Shown here piece by piece: positions 52,630-64,000 of a DNA stretch of 64,000 nt; the stretch's first letter is position 1; each line of letters opens with the position of its first letter. The notes beneath the pieces were generated by a model that was not told where the DNA came from, did not search any database, and saw only the letters and a program-made list of their open reading frames with translations. Origin of the DNA: Felis catus (lineage: Eukaryota); assembly GCF_018350175.1 (NCBI RefSeq), contig NC_058368.1:129582001-129646000 (forward strand). The letters run 5' to 3'. The translations under genes and the position numbers were made by a program.

Positions 52630-53113
52630 TGTGGTAACAAAAGAGGGAGAGCTGGCCCCCCAAGATATCCAAGTCTTTATTCCCAAAACATATGAATGTT
52701 ATGTATACGGCAGAAGGGACTTGGCAGATGTGATTAAATTAAGAGTCTTGAGACAGGGAGATTATCCTAGATTACCTAGGCAGGCCTTAAATGTAATCAC
52801 AGTGTCCTTATAAGAGGAAGTCAGAGGGAGATTTGACTATAGAAGAAGTAGCTGTGGATGTGACAATGGAAGTGAGAAGTTGGCAGAAGATGTAGCCAAG
52901 AGCTAAGGAATGCCACAGCCACCAGAAAGTAGAAGAGCCAAGGAACAGATTGTCTCCTGGATCCTGCAGTAGGAACAGCCCTTGATTTCACACCTTTGTT
53001 TTAGCCCTGCAAAACTCATTTCAGATCTTGGCCTCCGAAAGTGTCAGAGAATAAACTTGTGTTATGCCACTATGTTTGGGTAATTTATTACAGCAGCGAT
53101 GGAAAACTAATAT
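52630..53113 (+). mobile_element. MLT1D-like solo LTR
   Basis: ggcccccaagatatcc...gggacttggcagatgtgattaa...gggagattatcc...ggaaaactaata. Confidence 0.85.
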
Positions 53114-54751
53114 GAAGACTTAAGTGTTTTAGAGATAAAGGGATAAAAGCGGTTCCATGAACAGAAGTATGACCTGTTCAAGAGGGTTGAGTGAGTTTTA
53201 TAGCCATGCATTTTCTGAACCCCTGAAAAGAATGGGAAAGTGGATAATCAGGGGATGAGATATTTCAAACAAATTTCTAGAAGATGAAAAGAGGAAGGGG
53301 ACATGCCGATAGGTGAAACAGACACACGGAACCACATTCCAAAACATCTAATTTAGGAGATTGCAGAGATCTTCCCTGAGGCTTCCCTGTAAGCCTCAGA
53401 GCCTAGAGTTGACATTTAAGATGGCAGGGCATGGTCATACATTGGGCTAACAGAGGATTCTTTGAACATCTATACACAAAACAGTTGTGTCAGGGAGCAC
53501 CATCTCCCTCTTCTTCTCTCCTCTTGCTACGCACAGCCCAGCATCCCTGACAAAAATTCTGGAGGGCTCCTCTTTAAGGAAACTGAATAAATATTGATTG
53601 GGAGAAGCCAAGATTCTGTGTTGGATGTTTTTGCTCAGAGATATGCTCTCCTCATTTTGACCTGAGGTAGGGGGTCCTGACCTGCTTACCCCAGAGCAAA
53701 ACCTGCCAGTGATGGACCCCAGACCTGTACACTGTGATCAAGCTGAAGATGTTCATGTATAGAGCAGAGGAGATCTATATCACCTACTTAGTCCTTGTCT
53801 TTTCAATATGAATGGGCAATGAGTCCATTAGAAACTCCAGGGAAAAAAAGGTAACAGAAGCAACAATCGAAAGATGTTTCAGAAATTCATGGTTCACTTG
53901 CGAAGCCTTCTACAACTTCAAGCAATTGTAGCAATGTAAGGCAAGAGAAACCTTTTGACCTTGAAGCTACAGCCATTGTATCTTGAGTAGTCCAGAGGAC
54001 ATTTCATTGAGCTCATAAAGAAGGAAATGCAATCCTAACATACAACTTGGCTTTGCAGTGAGCAATCTTCACACAGTTATAATAATGTCAGTGCTGTTCT
54101 TTGATTTTCAATCTATAGCAAAAGCTCATAAAAGTTAATTATGGTTTCAGAACAGATGTAAATGTTAACCATCTTGAAAATGTAAAAGTGAAGACGTGGC
54201 TGGGATGAGGTGGGAGTTGGCAAGGGAGGGGTGGAATAGAGAAATGTAATAAAGAGGATAAAGTGGGAATCAGAGAGACATAAATATAATACCTAATATC
54301 ACAAAGTTATCTAATAAAATAACTCAAAAGTAAACAATATAAAGATCAAACACTGCAGGAGTGGAAAGGTGGGGTGCAATACAAATGAGCTAAGTCTTGG
54401 TCTTTCATGGCTGAGAGTCAACATAGATTGCCTAAAGCTTTTTTAAAAAATCAAGAAATGGAAGTATATTATTTAGAGGTATGGAGGTAATTATTAGAAG
54501 GCTTGAACTCAAAGGCATGAGCGTAAGAGGTTGCTTCTGGAGGCTGGATTGGGATAGAGAAAAGAAGGTTGAAAGAGTGTTGCTTTTCATCATGAATTCT
54601 TCTGTGTGATTTTTCTTTTTACCACATGCATGTATTTCTTTAATAATATAATTTATAAAATGATAAGTGACTAAGGACGTGGCAGCCTAGTGTTATTTAC
54701 CAGATGATTATCTTTTATATTGCCTTGGGGCCATTATTTTAAGTCCCAGGG

Positions 54752-55213
54752 TTTTTTTTTTAATGTTTATTTATTTTTGAGCGAGCACGCGTGTGCACAT
54801 GCATGCACGCACACACACATATACGTGCGTACACGCATGGGATGGGGCAGAGAGAGAGGGAGACAGAAGATCCGAAGCAGGCTCGCAGGCTTGATGTGGG
54901 TTCAAATTCACAAACCACGAGGGGCGCCTGGGTGGCGCAGTCGGTTAAGCGTCCGACTTCAGCCAGGTCACGATCTCGCGGTCCGGGAGTTCGAGCCCCG
55001 CGTCAGGCTCTGGGCTGATGGCTCAGAGCCTGGAGCCTGTTTCTGATTCTGTGTCTCCCTCTCTCTCTGCCCCTCCCCCGTTCATGCTCTGTCTCTCTCT
55101 GTCCCAAAAATAAATAAACGTTGAAAAAAAAAAAAAATTCAAATTCACAAACCACGAGATTGTAACCTGAGCCAAAGTGGGATACTTAACCAACTGAGCC
55201 ACCCATGTGCCCC
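54752..55213 (-). mobile_element. CAN SINE interrupted by an opposite-strand SINEC_Fc
   Basis: Antisense SINE halves at 54752-54920 and 55138-55213. Confidence 0.85.
54921..55137 (+). mobile_element. Young SINEC_Fc
   Basis: Flanking direct repeat ttcaaattcacaaaccacga at 54901-54920 and 55138-55157. Confidence 0.93.
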
Positions 55214-55816
55214 ACCTTGGGGCCATATTTAAGGACTAATCATGTTTATACACCAGTAGCCTATGTTCATCAACTGTATAGCTAATTACTATATTCTTAC
55301 ATGAATAAAGGGGGTGTTGTAAAGAAAGGGGAAGAGAATGGGGGGGGAATAATAGGAAAATCAAGGTATAAGGGAGGTTGAAAGGGTCAAATTACTTAAA
55401 TTCAGAGCAAAACAGGTGAGTGCTCAGGGTAGAGATTTCCAATAGGAAAGAGCTTTAGAAAGCAAAACTCAGACACCATTTGGAACATTATTCCCATAGA
55501 CCAGCACACTGTTAAAACGGTGGCAGTCATGAGCTCTGCCGTAGTAATCCCCTTAGCTCTTTGCTCAACAGGCTTCCTCCTGGCACTCTCCACCCTACAC
55601 GCACTGTCTATCTCTGCCAGTTCCACACTGTGCAAGGCCTTTTCCAAGTGCCACCTTCGTGATGTTTTTCTCAATTATCTCAGACCTTACCAATCTCTTT
55701 CTTGCTAAACACTGTCACACTAAACAATAGTTGGTAGATACCATTTGCTTTACTAATTATTTGGGTTTCCTAAGCCCTTCAGCCCAACTAGATCATAAGT
55801 TCTTTTAAAGGAAGTT

Positions 55817-56053
55817 GGGGGTCCTGGGTGGCGCAGTCGGTTAAGCGTCCGACTTCAGCCAGGTCACGATCTCGCGGTCCGTGAGTTCGAGCCCCGCGTC
55901 GGGCTGTGGGCTGATGGCTCAGAGCCTGGAGCCTGTTTCCGATTCTGTGTCTCCCTCTCTCTCTGCCCCTCCCCCGTTCATGCTCTGTCTCTCTCTGTCC
56001 CAAAAATAAATAAATGTTGAAAAAAAATTTTTAAAAAATAAATAAATAAATAA
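55817..56053 (+). mobile_element. Young SINEC_Fc
   Basis: CpG-rich body, (TAAA)n tail. Confidence 0.92.
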
Positions 56054-56067
56054 AGGAAGAAAACGTG

Positions 56068-56303
56068 AGGTGCCTGGGTGGCTCAGTCAGTGAAGCATCG
56101 ATTTTAGCTCAGGTCATGATCTTGGGGTTCATGAGTTCGAGCCTCACATTGGGCTCTGTGCTGACAGCTTAGAGCCTAGAGCCTGCTTCAGATTCTGTGT
56201 TTCCCTCTCTCTCTGCTCCGTGTGCTCTCTCTCTCTCTCTCTCAAAAATAAATAAGCATTAATAAATTGTTTAAATACTACTACTACTAATAATAATAAA
56301 TAA
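56068..56303 (+). mobile_element. CAN SINE
   Basis: Head, CT tract, tail. Confidence 0.88.
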
Positions 56304-59300
56304 AGGAAGAAATCCTGACATCTTTCTTTTGTCTCATGTAGAGAACTTAGCAGAGTATTGGGCTTCAAATAAGCAATTACAACTCAAGTGAAAGCAGAGA
56401 GTAGTAGATGAAGTTTTCATTGTAACTGAAACAAGTTTCTTTCCCTACCTTGCATTGAATTACGATGGGGGAACCAAACACAGTTCACTTGTCACGTTTG
56501 TAACTTGGTTATGAGTGCCGGGATCCTTCATAATGCCAGTGACCTTTTATTCTCTGAGACAGGCAGCCTAAGAGTGCGGAGGGTTGGTGACATTAGGAGG
56601 AAGAGGGTCAGCACCATGGCTGACTTCTGGTCTAGCTCCTAAAGACCAGAATCATCCAGACAGCAGGGTCAGAGGGAAGCACAGCATATGACTTAGCATC
56701 TTTGCCAAGAGAACAGGGCTCCTGTGGAAAGCCCACATTCAGGATTTGATGTGATCCAGAGAGGGAAGACCGTTTGCCAGGCCTCCACTGTCCTCGCTTT
56801 GACCACCCTTCCCTGTTGCTCCATACGGAGGCTGCTGCCTGGAATGGGAGTTCATCCAATTATTTTTGCATCTATGCCAAGGTCACTTTCTTCTCTTCAT
56901 TTTAGCAGACTTCTTTCAAGCTCAGGTCAAGACCTCCACTCTCCAGGGAAGCACGTCAACATTTCTTCTCCTCTTTGCCCCTCACATCATGGCAACGACT
57001 TGCAAAGTGTGTTTATCCGGAAAGCCCCAGGCAGCCAACATGCTCAGACAAGCTGAACAGAAAACTCTGCCGTGTACAGAAGAAGAGTTTTTGGTGTGCC
57101 CTCTGGCCCTCAAAAAAAAAAAAACACTGGTTTTGCTAAGATTTATTTACCTTCAAAGCTTTGTTCCCACAAGTGTGCAGAAATATAGACACACATACGC
57201 CGTTGACTTAACTGCCTTTTCTCCCTTGGTCATGAAAAAATTCAGAGGCTAGGACAGTCCTGGTGTGTCTGAGTGAAAACAATTCTATCACTCACGCACT
57301 CTCTGACGTCTTTCGCGATTTGACAGAGAAGTCTGAATCAAAAGGGACACTTCCATGGCAATAAAGAGGAAGCCAGGAGTCGAGTTGCAGTGGATGATTA
57401 AATCACATTTTAACCACTCCTTCTGGGCCGCAGCGCTTTTCCCTAGAGCACCCTCATCATTGTGCTACAGCACCATTTATTATTTACAATTGCCTTATTT
57501 TCTTCTGAGATCAAGATTTGCTTAAAAGTCCATTTAGGACTGGTCACACCTCGGCTAAGGGTCAGTTGAAGCTTCCAAGTAATCCGCTCCGTGTGCCACG
57601 TTATTATGTTACAAGCCCCAAAACCAGCACATAAGGAAATATGTTTACCTAAATTCGAAGAAGTTGCAAAAAGCTAACAAAAGCTACATCTCTTCAAGGA
57701 CATGTCAAAGAGAAAGAAGTGACGGTCCCTCCGTTTGCTCTGCTGCCTGGTGTACGTGATGCTCCTCTCTGGCACGTGAATATTTATGTATACATTGTGC
57801 GAGTCTTGCTAATTGTAATTATGATTGCTTACTACAGTTTCCAAGGTAACAGTTGTCACTGCAACGCTTCACTGCCAACTCAATTTCCATTCTCCTGCTG
57901 GTATAACAAATATTGTGTGACATTTTAACTGAAAATATCTGTAAACGGGTGTCTGAGTGTGGTGTGTTTCTTTAAAAGGGAAGGAAAACAATTATTAGCT
58001 TTTCATTATTCATCTCAGTGGCACATTTGATCGGTAATTACTTCAGCTTTATATTTAGAAAGGAATGAACCGGAGTCCCACAAGGTCTTGGATTTGGAGG
58101 TTCTGGGTTCTGATCCTGCCTTCTCCCACTGATCCATGTAACCTGGTCTCAGTAGCCAGGAGCTTGTCCAGAAACAATGTCATGGTAAAGGAAGGAGAGC
58201 TCTTGGGCACCCCCATCCCCAGGGTACACTCACCACATAGGCACTTCATTCTCTGAGACAGGTGCCTTGCACCATGAGGGATAGGTCCTGAAAGAGAACA
58301 GATGAAGCAGGTGTCCTTCATTGAGGCTGCTTTCTGTCTTCCCCCTAAGAGCAGGAGCATTCAGGCAGTGGCTCATAAATACCTCAACTTACAGTTGATT
58401 CTGGTAAGGACCACAATGAAGGAACTTTTCCCCAGCCCTACTGTGCCCTCTCCAGTCAGAGATCCGGTCAAGGACCTCACATCCCACCCACTTCAAGATC
58501 ACTTCCTGCCTTGCTGGGAGAGGTGGGACTCGTATACATTCCAGGCAGACTGCTGGCCGACCAGGATGCTGTGCCACACCCACAGTTTGAGTGAGCTGTG
58601 TCTCACTGAAGGCTTCCTGAGGTTGCAAGTGAAAACAGGTGACTGGAGCATTAGCCAAACCAGGAGCCTTAAAGTTTAGCGAGCACTTCCTGTTTGCAAG
58701 ACACATCAGAGATGTGAGTGCAGTTACAGAAATGCAACCCCTGCCCTCAGAAAACAGACAGTCTTCTGGAAGAGAAACATTTAAACACATAAAATAGCTT
58801 GAGGACAGTAAATCTCTGGTGCAGATGAGAGTGTAATGGATGTTCAGAGATGTCTGCATGGAGCTGGAGGAAATCAGGGAGGTTTGGCAGGGGGTGGGCC
58901 CTGAACTGGGTGGGAGAGGGAGGGGGAAGTTCAAGAATATAAGGACATAGATAGAGTGCTACAGGCGAAAGAACATAGAGAAGACACCTCAAACATAACT
59001 TAGATTTTTACTTGCCTGAATCTATAATTTGAAGCATAAATAGGGTCTAATGCAAAAAGAATGTGATTGCGTTCCATAGCCATGACCCTTTAGGCCTGGG
59101 GAAAGTTAAGAGGACAGACGTGGATAACGTGGGCACAAAGGAATGGAGGTCTCCTTTCAGGTTCCAAAACTGGCAGTCCAAGCAAGTCTTAGAGGAGGAA
59201 GAGCACTTTGCTCGTTTCCATGGTTCACAATACGCTCCCAGTTTTAACTTCCTCCAACTCTCTCAGTACCCGGGACTAGCACCAGGAAGAATCTGTTATT

Positions 59301-59996
59301 TCCTCCTCCCCTCCTTCTGGCCCATTGTGCTTCTGGCCTCCTCTCTGCTCGTGGCATCTTGTCATTGCTGCAACGCTCTTGCCAGGACCACCAACCGGGA
59401 CCCGCAAAGCATGTGCCCTAGACCACCGCACAAATGGACTTGGGGCTAAAATCCAGCCCAACCTCTGGGAGGGGCTGCATCCACCCTGAAGAAAGAGTGA
59501 TTTTTTTGCAATTCATCTGCCCAAAGAAGTAGGTTTTTTACAGTTTGCACAAAGCCACTCTGTCCTAGCAGTAGCACCGAGCACTGCACAATCCAAGCTT
59601 TGCTAGATATTTTGAGGTGAGTGCTCTCACCTGGGGCCTCCCCTTGTGACCAGCATCAACTGATCGGACCAATATGAAATACCACAGATCCTACATATCA
59701 CCTAAGGTGAATCTGACCACATTTTGCTCTGAGAATGAGGCATTGCAAGTTACTTTCAAGTCCTTCTGTTCATTGTATAAGAAAACACGGGATGTCTGAA
59801 GACTGTAACGAGAGGCTGAAGAAGATATTAACTAATCTCATTATTCTCATTAATGCTCATTAATTCTCATCACCAAAGAACACTTGAGTCTCTTGGTTTA
59901 TGAACTAAAGATTTAGTTGTCCCTGAATCTACTTCCTCCATTCAAGGTCCCTTGGTACCCGCTGACCTGATATCATACTCTCTTATTGCAACTCAC

Positions 59997-61625
59997 CGGT
60001 TGAGGTCTTCCTCATCAACCACAAAAGAAAAGTCACTAAAAGATTCGAAAGAAAGATTATTTCAAAGTTTGGAAAGAGGGAAACCACTGAATACCTCAAT
60101 GAGCTTAAATGGTCGGGTCTTTTTGAAATCAGCATATGACACGATGATGATGATAAATCTTTTTTTCGAAAAATGCCTTTTCGGCACACACTGAGCGACC
60201 ACTTCACGAACAATTGGGCACCCAAATAATTGGAAATATTTCAGAAGAGCAAATGGAGCAAAAGAGATCATGGAAAGCCGGAAATATATGGATGCAATTT
60301 TGAGCCTAAATGAACATGCAGTGCCATATACAAAATAATCAGTGAGATGTGAAAACGGATGTGGATCCCTTTGATTTGAATCAACAGGGTGTGAAGGGCT
60401 CTTATTATTAAAGGCAGACCTTGATGCTGCCTTGCCCTTGTCCAGATCCAGGCATCCAAGATCTTCCCTTTGGAGATGCACAGACTCTGTACCAAGGCGT
60501 ACCCAGGCAAGAAGCTCGAGATCAGTCCTTCGACTGTTGGCTCTGACTCAGAAGCCTTCCTCCCTGTCATTCCTCTGAAAAATTTTCCTCCCCATTAGCA
60601 ATTTTAAAAGTCCCTTGCCAATACAGGGCATCTAATTTAGTGAAGAGAGGTGGCCTATATTTTCACCCTAAGTATAGGGAAACTAATACCCTGTAGCATA
60701 AGGACTTGCCACAGAATTATTCCTTCTAGAAAATGAACCAAGGGCAAAAAAGAGCAGTGTTCTTCCTATCCCAAAGACAAAAATCAAGGACCATTTTGTC
60801 AGAGCTCCAAGGAGCCCTAAAAAGCTTCTCCAGGGATTTTCAAACTGTTCAGACGAGTGCCAGGATATTGAGAGAGGCTGCAGATCAAGAGAAGCGTGGG
60901 CTAATGGTGAGACCACGAAAGCATTTTCAAACAAAGATTTGCTAGAGGCTTCCTTCAAAGTCAGTTTCAAAGTCACCTTAACATTGACAGGAGAAATATG
61001 CGGAAAACCTGTAAGGTGGTTGGATTATATCTTGAAATCTTAATCTGTATAGGTTCTATTCCCTTCTACTTTCTCAGCAATACTCAAGGCCATTTTTTTT
61101 CCTTCTTCTGGCCCAAATGGAAGAAAGAACAAAACTCAAAGAAGGTGCTATCCTGAGAATAGGACCAAGCAAAGCCTGTGCATAAATCCTTTCCAGTTAA
61201 AGGCCAGACAGAGGAAGGGGGAGGCAGGAGGGCAGCAGGCGAAGGAGGGATTACGATCGGAAAAGGGGGAGTCCCCAGAGTTTTCAAAGTGGGGGAGATA
61301 AAAGGGCAGTCTCTCTTGTGGACCAGAACGAAGGGAAGAAGGGTCATCAAGGTGAGCTCACCCAGTAATTGAGGATAATCGCCCGAGATTCCTGGGCATC
61401 TGTAACCCTCCAGAACTGAAGAAGGGAGATGTGGATACCAAGAGTGTGGGTGAGGAAGAGAAGGAGGAGCTCACCCCGACCAAGGCGTCACCAGAACCCA
61501 AAAGACTCATTTGGGAAGCTTCCTTTGAGGCAAAGCAGAGATGGACACTAACCCTTGTTCCCATAAAGCCCATTAATAGGAGTACGTGACAGAGAATCCT
61601 CCACTTCAGAAATGTCTGGATGCGC
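59997..61625 (-). pseudogene. Candidate large (1629 nt) decayed coding exon of an unidentified multi-exon gene
   Basis: Minus-strand acceptor tccccttcctccctcag|G at 61626 and donor AACCG|gtgagt at 59996; 1629 = 543 codons. ORF-track ORFs 61358..61645, 60683..60976 and 60062..60481 all lie in this one frame. I count 10 stops by hand. No recognisable repeat inside. Confidence 0.5.
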
Positions 61626-61920
61626 CTGAGGGAGGAAGGGGACATTTAGAAAAAGTGCCCCCGTCAAAGACCTCCATTGTTTTACCCACTTTGATGTGAC
61701 CCAAATACATTTAACCAACTGACTGAGGAACTAAGGTTAACCCAGTCCTTTCTACCTCACCGTTCAAAGAAAAGACGAAGATAAAGGGATTTTTGCCCCA
61801 CAGTTGTTGTTTTCTTTTTCCTTATATTTATCATGAAGAAGGCCTGTGCTGATTTTCAGTGTGCTTAATGATATTCCTATCAATCTACCTGGTGAAGAAA
61901 CTTCCAACTCCATAATGTCA

Positions 61921-62142
61921 TTTTTTTTAATTTATTTTTTTTTAATTTATTTTTTTGGGGGGACAGAGAGAGACAGAGCGTGAACGGGGGAGGGAGAGAG
62001 AGAGGGAGACACAGAATCGGAAACAGGCTCCAGGCTCTGAGCCATCAGCCCAGAGCCCGACGCGGGGCTCGAACCCATGGACTGCGAGATCGTGACCTGG
62101 CTGAAGTCGGACGCTTAACCGACTGCGCTACCCAGGCGCCCC
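61921..62142 (-). mobile_element. SINEC_Fc in the tail of the adjacent SINE
   Basis: Antisense body; cccataatgt repeat flanks the pair. Confidence 0.9.
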
Positions 62143-62370
62143 TTAAATTTATTTTTTAATGTTTGTTTATTTTTGAAAGAGACAGAGACAGAATGCAAGT
62201 GGGTTAGGGGCAGAGAGAGAGGGAGACACAGAATCTGAAGCAGGCTTCAGGCTCCGAGCCGTCAGCCAGAGCCCGACGCAGGGCTCGAACTCACGAGCTG
62301 TGAGATCATGACCTGAGCTGAAGTCGGTCGCCCAACCGACTGAGCCACCCACCCAGGCACCCCCCCCCCC
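62143..62370 (-). mobile_element. CAN SINE
   Basis: Antisense head and body. Confidence 0.9.
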
Positions 62371-63674
62371 ATAATGTGATTTTTAAACAACTGAACCTGT
62401 TGGTGTATGTTAACTAATTTGAATATAAATATAAATAATAAATAAATAATTCAGTAAAAAAGCAGAAGCTGTTATTTGACGGGGGCCGGGGGGACAGCGG
62501 GGGAGAGTGATGCAGGGGCCGCGAGACGGCAGGGAATACCGGACTCATACCGATAGCATCACATCTGTGACAAAATGCTGGGGGAATGGTGAGGTGCATC
62601 AAAAGCGTTACACGGTCTGACTAAAGCAGTAGGCACTGCTCACCAAGAATGCCTCACCCCAGTGCAACTGCCCCTTGATTTTCTTGCCGTATTCAGTGAG
62701 GTGGTAAAAATGGGTCAGACGCCTGCAGCCTGCCGCATTGCGGGAGTGCCTTGACCAGCCCTCAGTGAGAGGATACAATTAGGGAGATTTTACCAACAGT
62801 TGCATGAAAATGCCCTGAACCTCCTCTGGGGCAGTGTCGACACAGCTTATAAAACTCTGAAAAGTCTGCAGATATTTATATCCTGATATTTATGAGTTTG
62901 GGTTATCGGAATATTAAGAGAAAAGAAAGTAAATGGACACCACAACTGCCGTGCTGTGCTAGATCTCCAGCGCTCATCTTGGTTCTCCCCAGTGGAGAGA
63001 CTCACTGGCAAAGAATCTCACTCATTAATCCCGGAGTTAGGTGGAAAACATGTTTATGTTTTCCCACAGCTTCTTACTTAAAATGTTATTCTTTATGTTA
63101 AAACAGACATAAATATAGAGTTTGAAAAGTCACATGAATTTTTAATACAGAATTTTCCCATTTTCTAAGAGGGTGTGGTGGGAATATGGCCCCAGACTTC
63201 CAGAGGTATCAATTTAATGTCCGCATTATTAGGGATACTTAATGGGAAAGGTTAAGAAGCACCGTTCTGATGGCTATTGATGGAGAAGGCTGGCAGGTAT
63301 AAATTGCTCAGCTTTCATGACTGATGGTGCCAGAAAAGGCACTTGCCAACAGGCAAAAGTCCTTGCAGTAGACATAGTTCTCGAGGTGTTATCACACAGC
63401 ATTTGAGAAAAGGCAGTCGTGTGTACAACTCATGTATCCAGGCAATGTATCTCAATTTTCCTCAGATAATAAATGGACTCTGTTAGAAAAGAGACACACT
63501 CTAGGATCCACATGATCTAAATATCCTAACAATCAAATATTCATTAGTTGACAGAATGTTTCATCCAAACATGTTTTAAATGATGGCAGTGTTAGCTTCA
63601 GCTCCAGATCACTTCATCGTTAGACTTACTTCATCTGTATTATTTCTCTTGACACGGTATCTTTTCTTGGCCAG

Positions 63675-63710
63675 AAAACACTGAGAAAACACTGAGAAAC
63701 ACTGAGAAAA
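63675..63710. repeat. Short tandem repeat (gaaaacactga) x3
   Basis: Direct reading. Confidence 0.8.
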
Positions 63711-64000
63711 ATCTTCCATCCTTCAGGCATGCCCACCCCCAGCCTTGACTTGCCCCCTCCACCTTCCGAATGCATTCTGCTAATGCTCTACAATCTTTTG
63801 CCTCCAAATAGCATTCCTCCCTACCCTTCCTTTGCTCATCCCTTACTGAATCAGTTATTTATGTGTAATCAACTCTCTATCTCAGTTGAAATTTAAAAAA
63901 AAATAATAAAGCAGGCAAAATTATTTTGAAATGAAATGAAAACTTCAGTAATTTGATTTGCAGGCAATGAAGAACAAAGTGTCACAACCCGAGTGCTTTT

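Noticed and set aside
58389..58934. 181-aa minus-strand ORF
   Set aside because: Non-ATG start, no recognisable domain, partly L2-like sequence, no clear splice boundaries.
59061..59090. Minus-strand peptide HGYGTQ, resembling HAYGTQ in bornavirus glycoprotein, plus an FENPW...hydrophobic stretch near 60830
   Set aside because: Only a few residues match, the pieces are in the wrong order for a G gene and I see no extended similarity; a host exon explains the region better. tblastn against Bornaviridae would settle it.
1..64000. Prokaryotic systems (CRISPR, operons, defence islands) and a gene name for the fossil exons
   Set aside because: The sequence is mammalian with no repeat-spacer arrays; I could not match the translations to any protein I reliably know, so no symbol is given.

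Overview
Mammalian nuclear DNA, almost certainly from a cat-family (felid) genome: it carries many young felid-type CAN SINEs (SINEC_Fc) and felid L1 3' ends over older eutherian repeats (MIR, L2, MaLR/ERVL LTRs, old L1). I see no intact protein-coding gene, rRNA, true tRNA or CRISPR array; nearly all ORF-track entries are repeat-derived or chance. The main non-repeat signal is a chain of exon-like segments on the minus strand spanning the window (about 61625 down to 2076). They have canonical splice signals, mostly lengths divisible by 3 and compatible phases, but in-frame stops, consistent with a decayed multi-exon (unitary) pseudogene I cannot name. One inferred junction creates an EF-hand-like loop. 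Also notable: an RFX/ZNF143/GC-box promoter-like cluster near 2.8 kb, an L1 with a probable 3' transduction, a tiny L1 with a 17-nt transduced tag, two identical inverted SINEs 83 bp apart, and several enhancer-like non-repetitive blocks. Repeat family names and exon boundaries were assigned by eye and need RepeatMasker or alignment confirmation.
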